Positions 1 to 8,615 of a DNA stretch of 13,798 nucleotides are shown one piece after another. Each line of letters begins with the position of its first letter. Within the stretch, counting starts at the first letter, position 1. The notes beneath the pieces are model-generated. The model saw nothing but the letters and a program-made list of their open reading frames with translations, searched no databases and was not told the origin of the DNA. The DNA is from a virus (Duplodnaviria > Heunggongvirae > Uroviricota > Caudoviricetes). A program made the position numbers and the translations under genes. Location: the IMG/VR virus record IMGVR_UViG_2698536428_000002; one strand, 5' to 3'.

Positions 1-2292
1 CTTCGTGAAGACAAACTCCCCGCGGTGGACAATCCCCGCTGGCTCATATTTGCCACCGGTTCCCGTAAATCCCCCGGTCGCGAAATGGAAGTTCGCCGCC
101 GCAGCCTGAATGGCCGTCCCCGTGGAAGCGGATGCGCCACCACCGAAAGCACCACCAATGGCGCTGCCGATACGCCCGACAATCCCCACCATCGCCTGCT
201 TCAGAAAAATCTCTGTCAGCATGGAGAGCACGGAACGGGTGAAACCACGCCAGTTCTGTTCGCTGCCGGTCAGCATCGCTGCCATATTCTGTGCAATACC
301 GTCAAAGGTCTGCGTGGCCGCGCTTTTAACCTGCGAAAAACTGTCCGTCGCACTTTCCGCCCACTCGCCCCAGCCGGACTTCAGACCCGCCATCCAGCTT
401 CCACGAAGCTGCTCCTCCGCAGACCAGGTGTTCTTCAGTGCAGATGTGACCTTCGCCAGCGCATCCGGATTATCACCGTACACGTCACGAAGGCGCTGCT
501 CTTCCGACTCCCGCTGCGCCTGACGGTCGGTGAGGCCGCGGGCTTTTGCGCTGATGGCGGCCTGCTTCGCGCTCTGCTGCTGTTCAAACCGCGCCGCCTG
601 CTGTGCCAGCTCATTCAGCCGTTTCTGGTGTTCAACCTTGTCGCCCAGGTCAGCCAGCTGGCGTTTGTACTCCAACGTCTCTTTCTCATGGGCCAGCAGG
701 GATTTTTCCTGCTCAGATAACTGCCGTTTCGTGGCGGCCTCTTTCAGGACCACATACTGATTTTCCGCTTTCCATAAATCCCGGCGCTGCTGGCTGATTT
801 TTTCATTCGCACCGGCATGCTTTTCCAGCGTCCTGAGCTCGGTTTCAAGCGCCAGCATGGCTGCATGCGCCCGGTCTTCCTGGCGCTCACCGGCAGACAC
901 CTTCACACCGGACGGCTTTTTCTGCGTCGACTCATAATCCTTTTTTGCCGACGCCATCAGCGTGTTGTAATCCGCCTGCAGGATTTTCCCGTCTTTCAGG
1001 GCCTTATTCAGCTCTTCCTGCCGGGCGGTATATTTCTCCAGTGGCGTCAGCAGGCGCTCATACGCCTTCTGCGCCTCTCCGGTATACTTCAGCTGTGACG
1101 ACTCACGCTCAGCCCTGTCCCTTGCCGCCAGTTCACCGGCTTTTTCCATATCCGACTGCAGCGTTGCCGCTGCCAGACCCAGACGGGCATTTTCCCGGTC
1201 ATCCCATGCGCCCTGAAGGTTGGCCCGGAAAGAGGAGGTTTTACCGCGGCGCTGGCTCCGGCTCTGGTACCACTGCCATTTTTTATCCGCCTCATCAAAT
1301 GCCTTCTGCGCACTGGCGAGCATATCCGCTGAGGATTCCGGACGACCGATATCCAGAATGGCATCCCACATCGATTTGAACGCCTTCCCTGTTTTATCTG
1401 CCCAGGTTTCCAGCGTCCCCATGTTCTCTTTCAGGCGGCGGGTCTGCTCATCAAAGCCTTTCGTGGCAGCATCGTTCGCCGCCTGTAAGGCACCGGCCTC
1501 GTCTCCGGAACGCTGCAGCTGTGCAACATACGCAATCTGCTCTGCCGTCACGTTACGGAACTGGCGCGCCATCGCCATCAGTCCCGACGTCGGGTCGGTG
1601 GTCAGTTTTCCGAAAGCCTCTGCAACCTTGTCCACTTCAACACCGGATGCAGACGCAAAACGCGCGACACTCTGGTTAATGGCATCAAACTGTTCACCAC
1701 CACGCACACCGGCATTCACCAGGGCTGCCAGTGACTCTCTCGCCTGGTTAAACGTCAGCCCTGCTGCCTGCCCGGCTCTTGAGAGCGTCAGCATACGATC
1801 GGCAGTCAGTCCGGCCTGATTGCCGGAAAGGACCAGCGTTTTATTAAATTCTGAAAGCGTGGAATCCCCCTGGTACCAGGCGTACGCCAGCGCACCTGTC
1901 GCCACCGCCAGCGAGGTGACCCCGACCATCGGCAGGGTGATCGCACCGGCAAGCCCCCTGAACATGGGGATCATCCCGCCGAAGGAGTCCTTCACCTGAC
2001 CGCCCTGTTGCAGCAGGATCAGCCAGGGATTCTGACCACCGGCAAGCTGCGTGGCGATATCCGTAAACTGTGCGGGCAGGGTTCGCATGGCCGCTTTATA
2101 CTGCCCGACGGAAATCCCTGCTTTTTGTGCGGCCAGCGCCTGACGGTTCAGACTCTGCTCAACGGCACCGGCGGTTTTTCTGGCATCATTCTCCAGTCCT
2201 GAAAAATGACGCCTTACCCGGCTCATCTGCTCATCGAAACGGACAGCATCCAGACTCAGGTCAATAACAAAATCACCAACCGGCTGGGACAT
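1..2292 (-). CDS. H: Tail tape measure protein (lambda gpH-like), 3' end truncated by window start
   Basis: Minus-strand frame is open from the ATG at 2292..2290 to base 1 (764 codons, no stop). It is missing from the ORF track only because it has no in-window stop. Translation starts MSQPVGDFVIDLSLDAVRFDEQMSRVRRHFS and ends at the window edge with RGEFVFTK, both matching lambda gpH as I recall it. SD GGAGG lies 6 nt upstream of the ATG. Start overlaps the T stop at 2273..2275. Confidence 0.9.
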   Translation of the reverse strand, partial: MSQPVGDFVIDLSLDAVRFDEQMSRVRRHFSGLENDARKTAGAVEQSLNRQALAAQKAGISVGQYKAAMRTLPAQFTDIATQLAGGQNPWLILLQQGGQVKDSFGGMIPMFRGLAGAITLPMVGVTSLAVATGALAYAWYQGDSTLSEFNKTLVLSGNQAGLTADRMLTLSRAGQAAGLTFNQARESLAALVNAGVRGGEQFDAINQSVARFASASGVEVDKVAEAFGKLTTDPTSGLMAMARQFRNVTAEQIAYVAQLQRSGDEAGALQAANDAATKGFDEQTRRLKENMGTLETWADKTGKAFKSMWDAILDIGRPESSADMLASAQKAFDEADKKWQWYQSRSQRRGKTSSFRANLQGAWDDRENARLGLAAATLQSDMEKAGELAARDRAERESSQLKYTGEAQKAYERLLTPLEKYTARQEELNKALKDGKILQADYNTLMASAKKDYESTQKKPSGVKVSAGERQEDRAHAAMLALETELRTLEKHAGANEKISQQRRDLWKAENQYVVLKEAATKRQLSEQEKSLLAHEKETLEYKRQLADLGDKVEHQKRLNELAQQAARFEQQQSAKQAAISAKARGLTDRQAQRESEEQRLRDVYGDNPDALAKVTSALKNTWSAEEQLRGSWMAGLKSGWGEWAESATDSFSQVKSAATQTFDGIAQNMAAMLTGSEQNWRGFTRSVLSMLTEIFLKQAMVGIVGRIGSAIGGAFGGGASASTGTAIQAAAANFHFATGGFTGTGGKYEPAGIVHRGEFVFTK

Positions 2293-3144
2293 ATCTCACA
2301 CCTCCGGAAATCCCCGCTGAAGCCATCATTAATGCAACATCATCCTCGCTGACATCCACCACATCTGCAGAAGGTGAAATATCGCCCCCTCCCTCCCCAC
2401 CGAACCGGACGCCTCCGGCAAGTCCTGCCGCTTTCTGCATCAGCATGTCTTCCTCATCCGGCATCTCCGTCTGCGCTTCCTCTCGCCGGGGAGCCAGCAG
2501 ACTGAAATCCGAGGGATGCATATCCGGATCGCAAAAAAACAGGCTGAGTACGGCGTACATCAGCCCGGAAAAATGCATATCCAGTTGGGTATCCTGAAAA
2601 TAATGCGTGCGGTAAAAATGTCGCCAGTCGGCATATTCGGTGGATGTCATCCCGGCAAGCATGGCGCGCCAGTCGGGTCTCCCCATCTCACGCGCCAGTC
2701 TGAGGGCAAAGTTCAGCTCGCCGTCGAAGACTTTCCCGCAGAAAAATCATCATCAGTCAGCGTGTTATTTTTCGCCACTTCAGTAATATCAGTATCCGGA
2801 CGAACAGCTTCGATCATCCCGGACAGGCACAACACCACGTCTTCCGCCCGGGCAATGGCATCGGCAGGCCAGGTGGTGAGCACTTCCTGCTCTATCTTCA
2901 TCACGGCCTCATTCATTGACGTTGACTGCGTTCTCTGTGGATGGTTATGCCACAGGGACATCGCCACCAGAAACGCGCCGGTTCTGACAAGATCTTCCAC
3001 ACTCACCTGCAGGTTGCCGCTGGCTTCAGCCTCTTCTGCCCGCCGTTTCAGCAGGGCAAGATGCTCGATACGCTGCAGCGCAGACAGCTCCGAAAGCGTG
3101 ACAGACACACCGTTATATTCAAATTGTTCTGTTTTCAGAAACAT
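2273..3144 (-). CDS. T: Tail assembly chaperone G-T fusion, made by programmed -1 ribosomal frameshift near 2731..2737
   Basis: The -1 frame after the GGGAAAG heptamer reads GKVFDGELNFALRLAREMGRPDWRAMLAGMTSTEYADW and continues to a stop at 2273..2275. This matches the lambda gpT portion of gpG-T. The track ORF 2273..2686 is the ATG-initiated part of this frame. Confidence 0.85.
2713..3144 (-). CDS. G: Tail assembly chaperone (lambda gpG-like)
   Basis: 143 aa ORF starting MFLKTEQFEYNGVSVTLSELSALQRIEHLALLKRRAEEAEA, closely matching lambda gpG. Sits between V and T/H as in lambda. Slippery heptamer lies 6 codons before its stop. Confidence 0.92.
   Translation of the reverse strand: MFLKTEQFEYNGVSVTLSELSALQRIEHLALLKRRAEEAEASGNLQVSVEDLVRTGAFLVAMSLWHNHPQRTQSTSMNEAVMKIEQEVLTTWPADAIARAEDVVLCLSGMIEAVRPDTDITEVAKNNTLTDDDFSAGKSSTAS
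2731..2737 (-). promoter_or_regulatory. Programmed -1 frameshift slippery heptamer G_GGA_AAG
   Basis: Minus-strand sequence GCG GGA AAG TCT (plus ctttccc at 2731..2737). Same heptamer and same position relative to the G stop as the lambda G/G-T site. Confidence 0.85.
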
Positions 3145-3157
3145 GTATTACCTCCGT

Positions 3158-3910
3158 TTACCCTGCAGCGCCCGCTTCAGTAACGGTGACTTCAGCTACC
3201 GTGGCAAACTGACCATTACCGGAAATCACGGGGATACTCACTTTTCCGGCCTTAATCCCCGTCACAGTGATCACCATATCTTTCACAGCAATGGTTCCCG
3301 TTGACGGATCGGCGGAAACCGCTCTGAACGTCTTGTCGGTTGCACTTTCCGGCTCAAAAGAAACCGTCAGGGTGGTTGTTTTTCCTTTTTCCACGGTACC
3401 GGATGTCGGTGTCACCTTAATTGCAGTGACCGGCGTAATTTTGCTGCGTTCTTCCGCCACGGAAGGTTTGCCCACGTTGGTCACTTTCACCGTGCGGGTG
3501 ATCACTTCTTTCGCCGTCACGGCCTTACCGATACTGCTGACCCAGCCACGAAACACATCCACCGTGCCGTTCGGAAAACGGATTTTATAGGCCCGCACAT
3601 CCCCGCTTTCAAACCAGCCTATAAGCCCTTTCTGACCATCTTCTCCCGGTTTCCAGGCCAGCGTAAAACTGGTATCTCCTGCAGACTTCTGCCCCTGCCC
3701 GGTCGCGGTCCAGTCCGCGTCTTCATCATCCAGGTAGTTATCATCGTAGGGTTCTGCCGTCATCTCGCCCGGCGTCAGATCCTTCACCTTAGCCAGTCGC
3801 TGCCAGTCATCGTCTGACAACGGGTTTGCATAAGCATCACCCTTGCCGTTGTAAACCCACAGAGTGGTACCGGCACCTTTTACCGGCTCCAGGGGATTTG
3901 GTGTTGCCAT
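3158..3910 (-). CDS. V: Major tail tube protein (lambda gpV-like) with C-terminal Ig-like domain
   Basis: 250 aa; [53 protein letters not shown]... is near-identical to lambda gpV over long stretches. The C-terminal ~90 aa resemble the lambda gpV Ig-like extension. Confidence 0.95.
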   Translation of the reverse strand: MATPNPLEPVKGAGTTLWVYNGKGDAYANPLSDDDWQRLAKVKDLTPGEMTAEPYDDNYLDDEDADWTATGQGQKSAGDTSFTLAWKPGEDGQKGLIGWFESGDVRAYKIRFPNGTVDVFRGWVSSIGKAVTAKEVITRTVKVTNVGKPSVAEERSKITPVTAIKVTPTSGTVEKGKTTTLTVSFEPESATDKTFRAVSADPSTGTIAVKDMVITVTGIKAGKVSIPVISGNGQFATVAEVTVTEAGAAG

Positions 3911-3917
3911 ATCGTCC

Positions 3918-4313
3918 TCACATCTCGTATGTAATGGAATAAGTCAGATCCGCAGAGCTCCATAACGCCATATCGTCATCACGACGATACTCATAGCCCT
4001 GCGTAACCATCGTGGTAATCAGTCCTGCCAGTGCAGGGATCGCAGTCATCGCCGGATAAATCCGGCTTTCCATCCACTGATCGAGCTCCGAATCAGGTAC
4101 CTGTGCCGGTAAAAACACCTCAATATGCAGTGTGGCCCGCCAGGTATCTGCATCCAGCTCTTCACCGGTATACTCTGCATCCGTCAGATAAACCGCGATC
4201 GCAGGAAAATCCTCTTCGTCAAAAACAACGGGGCGACCATCAAACAGCGTCGCCCCGTGTTCATGCTGCTCGAGTGCATCCAGCACTGCGGCACGAATGT
4301 CAGTGTGTTTCAT
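3918..4313 (-). CDS. U: Tail terminator protein (lambda gpU-like)
   Basis: 131 aa; [54 protein letters not shown]... matches lambda gpU throughout. Overlaps the Z stop. Confidence 0.95.
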   Translation of the reverse strand: MKHTDIRAAVLDALEQHEHGATLFDGRPVVFDEEDFPAIAVYLTDAEYTGEELDADTWRATLHIEVFLPAQVPDSELDQWMESRIYPAMTAIPALAGLITTMVTQGYEYRRDDDMALWSSADLTYSITYEM

Positions 4314-4843
4314 CGTTTTATCGCAATCCTCAGTTGTTGTTTCAGCGCGTATGCCAGTTCTTTAGGCAGGCGTTCACGCCGGATACGGTCAACATTCTCA
4401 TCAAATGCCTGTTTCAGTGGGGCCGCCATCGGGATTTTCACCACATCAATGGGGTAACGGTTTTTCCCGGCCACACGCTGCATGACATGCCAGCGACCAT
4501 TTTTTAATCGCTGAATAAATGCCCGCTGATACCGATGCTGACCGGCTTTAAGTATGCTGTTCGGGCGACGCCCCAGCATCCTGATCCCCAGCTTAATCAC
4601 AGGGAGATCACCGCGGTTAACGATAATTCTGGCATTCGGATTTCTGACCGTCGCCCGTTTCAGTCTGGACCGTTCCTTAACCAGTTTCCGGCGAACCTTT
4701 GTCTCCCGGGCAACCTGTGATGAAGACTGATTAATCGCCGTTGTGGCCACGCGGTTAATGGCCATTGCTGAAGCCGCCGGAATGGCGTTTTTACGAACCC
4801 GGCTCAGATTGTCAATCGCCTGATCAAGCCCTTTTATCGCCAT
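4310..4843 (-). CDS. Z: Tail completion protein (lambda gpZ-like)
   Basis: 177 aa; MAIKGLDQAIDNLSRVRKNAIPAASAMAINRVATTAINQSSSQVARETKVRRKLVKER... with C-terminal NGRWHVMQRVAGKNRYPIDVVKIPMA matches lambda gpZ. Confidence 0.95.
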   Translation of the reverse strand: MAIKGLDQAIDNLSRVRKNAIPAASAMAINRVATTAINQSSSQVARETKVRRKLVKERSRLKRATVRNPNARIIVNRGDLPVIKLGIRMLGRRPNSILKAGQHRYQRAFIQRLKNGRWHVMQRVAGKNRYPIDVVKIPMAAPLKQAFDENVDRIRRERLPKELAYALKQQLRIAIKR

Positions 4844-4858
4844 AATTTCACCCTGCGT

Positions 4859-5212
4859 TTATCGTCGCCGGTTAACTGCGGGTGGTTGACCACGGTTGAG
4901 CCAGAGATAACAGCTGCCCCCGTCATCCGGAGAAACACGATCCACCCAGAATATCTCACCATTAATGGTCAGCGTGTCACCACGCCGCACGGCACGAACC
5001 GTATCCGTCCGCACAAATAATGACGGGCTGCTTCCTTCAATACGGACCCCGCCACCGGCAAACCCCAGCGACTCCGGATCGTCAAAAACCCCCTGAACTT
5101 CGCTGCCACACTGTGCCCCCGAGGTGAACTGCGCACGGATCCCCATCACTTCAACGATCGTACTGTCCACCCCGGCGAGGGCAGCATCAAAGGCATTCTG
5201 AAAATCACGCAT
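4859..5212 (-). CDS. FII: Head-tail joining protein (lambda gpFII-like)
   Basis: 117 aa; ...VRIEGSSPSLFVRTDTVRAVRRGDTLTI...FWVDRVSPDDGGSCYLWLNRGQPPAVNRRR matches the lambda gpFII C-terminus almost residue for residue. Confidence 0.93.
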   Translation of the reverse strand: MRDFQNAFDAALAGVDSTIVEVMGIRAQFTSGAQCGSEVQGVFDDPESLGFAGGGVRIEGSSPSLFVRTDTVRAVRRGDTLTINGEIFWVDRVSPDDGGSCYLWLNRGQPPAVNRRR

Positions 5213-5588
5213 ATTCAGCCGTTCCGTGCTGTATCATGGCCGTTGCCAGTGATGATGGCACCAGAACACGCATACCCCGTAACGCCAGCTCAACGGGACG
5301 ACCTGTCTCCGGGCAATACCCCATTACTTGCAGGCACTTCCGTACCCGGACGGCTTTAACATCATCCGGAGCATCCGTGTTGTTCAACTGCTCACCATCG
5401 TCTGTGTGATTTTGATCAGCCCCGCTCTCATCAGAGTGCATAATGCCCTCCGGGGAAACAGCAAGCTCCTCTTCCCACTCAGACACACGTTGAGCAATAT
5501 CCGCAGCACTCCCCGACATATCCGCCTCGCGCCCCAGCAGGCCAGCCAGTTGACGAAGACGATTCAGATTTTCTTCTTTTGTTGCCAT
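5205..5588 (-). CDS. FI: DNA packaging protein (lambda gpFI-like)
   Basis: Located between E and FII. Sequence MATKEENLNRLRQLAG... shows moderate similarity to lambda gpFI (MTKDELIARLRSLGEQ...). Start placed at the ATG at 5588 because AGGAGG sits 5 nt upstream; the track ORF start at 5636 would run across the E-FI terminator hairpin. Confidence 0.75.
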   Translation of the reverse strand: MATKEENLNRLRQLAGLLGREADMSGSAADIAQRVSEWEEELAVSPEGIMHSDESGADQNHTDDGEQLNNTDAPDDVKAVRVRKCLQVMGYCPETGRPVELALRGMRVLVPSSLATAMIQHGTAEYA

Positions 5589-5602
5589 CTCAGCCTCCTG
5601 TG

Positions 5603-5631
5603 AAAAAAGACACGGGGGCATTTCGCCCCCG
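5603..5631 (-). terminator. Intrinsic terminator-like hairpin between E and FI
   Basis: Minus strand reads CGGGGGC-GAAAT-GCCCCCG: a 7 bp GC stem with 5 nt loop, then TGTC and TTTTTT. It lies immediately after the E stop codon and abuts the FI SD. Confidence 0.45.
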
Positions 5632-5639
5632 CTCACGGA

Positions 5640-6668
5640 TTATTTCACCTGTACCACCACAAACTCATCCGGATCCGGCAGCACCATCAGCGGAGCGGAC
5701 TGCGTCATGGTGAATTCACGGGCCGGATCGCCCACAGTCAGCCAGTGTTTCGGATAACGGGAAGAGGCCACCACACCTTCGGACAACGCCTGCGCATCCT
5801 GAATGGCACCATAGCAACGAATGCCCTCTGCTGCCGTATTCCCCAGGACCAGTGTGCCCTCCGGCAGATAACGTTTTTCGGTACCGTCCTCTGCCACATA
5901 AGACGTTTTCGCCACCACAATGGCCAGATCGCCGTAATACCCCTTGAAGGACACCACCGCCCCCAGGTCTTTCACTGCCGTTTCGAGTTGTGAATTTGAG
6001 CCGCGACGGGTATCCAGTTTTTCGCGGAACAGCTTAAAGCCATTCAGCAGACGCCAGACCGTACCGTCCATAATGGCGATATTCACAAGGCCGCTGGCCT
6101 GATCGCAGTAGAGGTCAATATCATGCGTCGGATCAAACGTATCACGGTCCTGCTCAGACCATTTTTTACCGTCAGCCTGCTCAATGTTATTTCCTTCAGA
6201 GCGCCCGAAATCCACCTCGACAGTATCAAACTGATCCCCTTCCATGGTGTATTTGCCATACAGCACGGCATTCACCGCCTGCATTTCTTCCACCTGGACA
6301 ATGGCGTGCTCTTCCTGTTTGAGGTTATCGGTAATGATACGCAGACGACGGTAGGCCGGGTCATTCAGCTGAGCCGGATCTTCACCAGGAAGGCGCTCAA
6401 CCGCCTGCTGGTAATTAAATTCGTGTTTCGGCTTGACGTAGCCCGGACGTAACACGCGGGTTTCACCACCACGATGACGCAGCACTTTTCCTTCAACAAC
6501 CGGGGAGACATAGGCTGCCACCGGCGTTTTTCCGGTAATTTTGTCCAGCATCACCTCTTCGGTGTGGAAATTCACCGTACGGCGGAAAAACAGCTCCAGA
6601 AACAGCGCACGGAATTTCACTTTTTGTTCGGTATAACCGAGTAACTGGCGGGTCGTAAACAATCCCAT
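5640..6668 (-). CDS. E: Major capsid protein (lambda gpE-like)
   Basis: 342 aa; motifs PGYVKPKHE, QVEEMQAVNAVLYGKYTM, KLDTRRGSNSQLETAVKDLG and PAREFTMTQSAPLMVLPDPDEFV all match lambda gpE. Confidence 0.97.
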   Translation of the reverse strand: MGLFTTRQLLGYTEQKVKFRALFLELFFRRTVNFHTEEVMLDKITGKTPVAAYVSPVVEGKVLRHRGGETRVLRPGYVKPKHEFNYQQAVERLPGEDPAQLNDPAYRRLRIITDNLKQEEHAIVQVEEMQAVNAVLYGKYTMEGDQFDTVEVDFGRSEGNNIEQADGKKWSEQDRDTFDPTHDIDLYCDQASGLVNIAIMDGTVWRLLNGFKLFREKLDTRRGSNSQLETAVKDLGAVVSFKGYYGDLAIVVAKTSYVAEDGTEKRYLPEGTLVLGNTAAEGIRCYGAIQDAQALSEGVVASSRYPKHWLTVGDPAREFTMTQSAPLMVLPDPDEFVVVQVK

Positions 6669-6699
6669 AAATCAGTTCCTTTCATTCAGAAATCAGTCA

Positions 6700-6715
6700 G
6701 GCCACCATGGTGGCC
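6700..6715. repeat. Perfect 16 bp palindrome GGCCACCATGGTGGCC in the D-E intergenic spacer
   Basis: Read directly at 6700..6715, between the D stop at 6726 and the E start at 6668. Could form a hairpin on the late transcript. Confidence 0.4.
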
Positions 6716-6725
6716 TGATAACGTG

Positions 6726-7073
6726 TTACGGCAGAGCCGCGTGACTCAGGGCTGTACCGGCAAAGGCATTTGCCTTTTTGTGTTCATCCACACTGTCAGG
6801 CCAGCGGATTGCCTCCGTCGCAAAGGTCCCCGACTTGTAATAGGTCAGCACCGTCTCTGTGCCTTCAAGCGGCAGTACCAGTATGCCAGCCGCACTACCG
6901 GCTTTCTGTCCATCCCAGACCACCAGTTTCCCGCTGGCTTCATCCAGCATCAGGGGCGTCAGAGCCGGTGTTGCCTGAGAAATCCCGCTGCTGCCTGTGG
7001 CGGTATGAGCCGGATCATTACCGGCAAAAATACGTACTTCCGCACGTTGTTCAGTGATGGTTTTCGTCACCAT
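6726..7073 (-). CDS. D: Head decoration protein (lambda gpD-like)
   Basis: 115 aa; DPAHTATG...TPLMLD...KLVVWDG...YKSGTF...KKANAFAGTA matches lambda gpD. Confidence 0.93.
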   Translation of the reverse strand: MVTKTITEQRAEVRIFAGNDPAHTATGSSGISQATPALTPLMLDEASGKLVVWDGQKAGSAAGILVLPLEGTETVLTYYKSGTFATEAIRWPDSVDEHKKANAFAGTALSHAALP

Positions 7074-7109
7074 TTTGTTAAAACCTCATATTGATGGTCA
7101 GCACTGACT

Positions 7110-7712
7110 TCATGGCATGGCCATGAGCATTTTCACGTCCGCATCACCGTCTGCCGACGTCTGTGACACGCCACCCTGCACGGCTGCCGGTGAATGGTTC
7201 GCCATGATGCGTTCAAACATGGCGGTTGTGGATGCAGAAACCGGTTCTGCTTTATCCGGCGATGAGGACAGAATGTCGCGGGCAGCCTCCACCGTCATTC
7301 CGGGAAACGCCGCCAGTTTTTCAGCCTGCGCCTCAGCCCCTTTTGCCTCATCCAGAGCCATAATCTGATCACGGAGTGAGGGTCCGGCATCCGCCTGCGG
7401 TGAAGCCGCCAGGATCGGGCGGGCTTTTTCCACCGTCATATCCGGCATCGCCGCCAGCGTTGCCGCCAGTTGTTCACGACCTTTAGCTTCTTCACACGCC
7501 ATAATGCGATCGGCTTCACTCTGCGTGGATGCCACCGGCTGCTGTGGTGCTGCCGCGGTCAGAATCGCCCGGGCCTGTTCAACGCTCATGCCCTGTTGTC
7601 CTGCCAGCATCGTGGCAAGGTGTTCACGTCCTTTCGCTTCCTGACACGCCAGGATCCCCATCACTCGCTGGTTCTCCTGCGCGGCAGCTTCCGTTGCAGT
7701 TAATTGCGGCAT
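7110..7712 (-). CDS. Nu3: Scaffolding protein Nu3-like, nested in-frame within the 3' end of C
   Basis: Internal in-frame ATG at 7712..7710 (Met302 of C) preceded by AGGAGG at 4 nt spacing. In lambda, Nu3 is likewise an in-frame internal start within C. Product would begin MPQLTATEAAAQENQRVMGILACQEAKGRE... Confidence 0.7.
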   Translation of the reverse strand: MPQLTATEAAAQENQRVMGILACQEAKGREHLATMLAGQQGMSVEQARAILTAAAPQQPVASTQSEADRIMACEEAKGREQLAATLAAMPDMTVEKARPILAASPQADAGPSLRDQIMALDEAKGAEAQAEKLAAFPGMTVEAARDILSSSPDKAEPVSASTTAMFERIMANHSPAAVQGGVSQTSADGDADVKMLMAMP

Positions 7713-8615
7713 AGTGCCTCCTGTATCATGTGTGTTCAGCGCCGCAGCCATCACGCTGATGGCATCCGACGCATTGATTAATTCATCCGCCAGCCCGGCC
7801 TCAATGCCGGACTGACCTTCAAAAACGGCGGCCTCTGTTCCCGTGACTGCATCAACAGACAGACCGGTATACATCGCCACTTTTTCGGCAAACATCCGGC
7901 GCGCCGCATCAATCCGCTGCTGCATGTCCTGGCGAACCTCTTCCGGCAACGCTTCAAACTGATTGCCATCCACCTTGTGCGCCCCTGAGTAAATCAGCGT
8001 GATATCCACACCGGCCTGCGCCAGATGACCGGCATAGCTGACATGGCTCATCATCACGCCAATGGAGCCGATACGGGATGTCTGGGTAACCAGCCGTCGG
8101 GAGCAGGCCGACGCCAGCAGCATGGCTGCAGAACAGGCCGTGTCATTGCACAGTGCCCAGACCGGCTTCTGCTGACGGAGGCGGTAAATCATGTCAGCAC
8201 AGTCAAACGCACCGGCGGCCTGCCCGCCCGGACTGTCAATGTCCAGCAGTACACCCCGCACCTGGCTATCCGCCATTGCCTGCTGAAGACAGGCGACAAT
8301 GCCGTCATAGCCTGTCATTCCGGAAAATGGCCGCATACCCCCCAGCCGGTGCACCAGCGTGCCTGTGACCGGCAGTACAGCAATACCGTTCACCACCCGG
8401 TAAACACGGGCCGGTCGTTTACCTCCGGCCATGTACTCGTCCGTTTCAGCCAGCATTCCGGGTGCATCAAGCTGTACCTGCTGTTGTGGTACCGAAAGAC
8501 TTGCTGCCCCCATCTCGCGCCCGAGCGCGCAAAAGAAAACCCGCGCATAGGCGGGCTCCAGAAGCAGCGGTTCATTGAATGCTGCTGCAATAATGTGTGA
8601 AAGATTACGTCTCAC
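7110..8615 (-). CDS. C: Capsid assembly protease / minor capsid protein (lambda gpC-like, ClpP/SppA family)
   Basis: 501 aa; N-terminus NEPLLLEPAYARVFFCAL, then NGIAVLPVTGTL, GAFDCADMI, KPVWALCND, SRRLVTQTSRIGSIGVMMSH and GVDITLIYSGAHKVDGN match lambda gpC. The C-terminal third is the scaffold (Nu3) region. Confidence 0.95.
   Translation of the reverse strand: MRRNLSHIIAAAFNEPLLLEPAYARVFFCALGREMGAASLSVPQQQVQLDAPGMLAETDEYMAGGKRPARVYRVVNGIAVLPVTGTLVHRLGGMRPFSGMTGYDGIVACLQQAMADSQVRGVLLDIDSPGGQAAGAFDCADMIYRLRQQKPVWALCNDTACSAAMLLASACSRRLVTQTSRIGSIGVMMSHVSYAGHLAQAGVDITLIYSGAHKVDGNQFEALPEEVRQDMQQRIDAARRMFAEKVAMYTGLSVDAVTGTEAAVFEGQSGIEAGLADELINASDAISVMAAALNTHDTGGTMPQLTATEAAAQENQRVMGILACQEAKGREHLATMLAGQQGMSVEQARAILTAAAPQQPVASTQSEADRIMACEEAKGREQLAATLAAMPDMTVEKARPILAASPQADAGPSLRDQIMALDEAKGAEAQAEKLAAFPGMTVEAARDILSSSPDKAEPVSASTTAMFERIMANHSPAAVQGGVSQTSADGDADVKMLMAMP

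Noticed and set aside
1089-1364. Minus-strand 91 aa ORF
   Set aside because: In a different frame from H and fully inside it; Arg-rich with no homology.
25-1819. Plus-strand ORFs 25..720 (231 aa), 817..1098, 945..1379 and 1220..1819 (199 aa)
   Set aside because: All lie antisense to the continuous gpH tape-measure frame, which has strong lambda similarity. They are Arg/Pro/Cys-rich low-complexity translations typical of antisense frames in GC-rich coding DNA.
2516-3304. Plus-strand ORF of 262 aa
   Set aside because: Antisense to T, G and V, all with clear lambda homology. No RBS or recognisable motif.
5589-5636. N-terminal extension of FI (track ORF start at 5636, MSGGEMPPCLFSQEAE...)
   Set aside because: It would be translated across the E-FI terminator hairpin, and the ATG at 5588 has a near-ideal AGGAGG RBS.
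8025-8600. Plus-strand ORF of 191 aa
   Set aside because: Antisense to the protease gene C; His/Cys-rich spurious translation.
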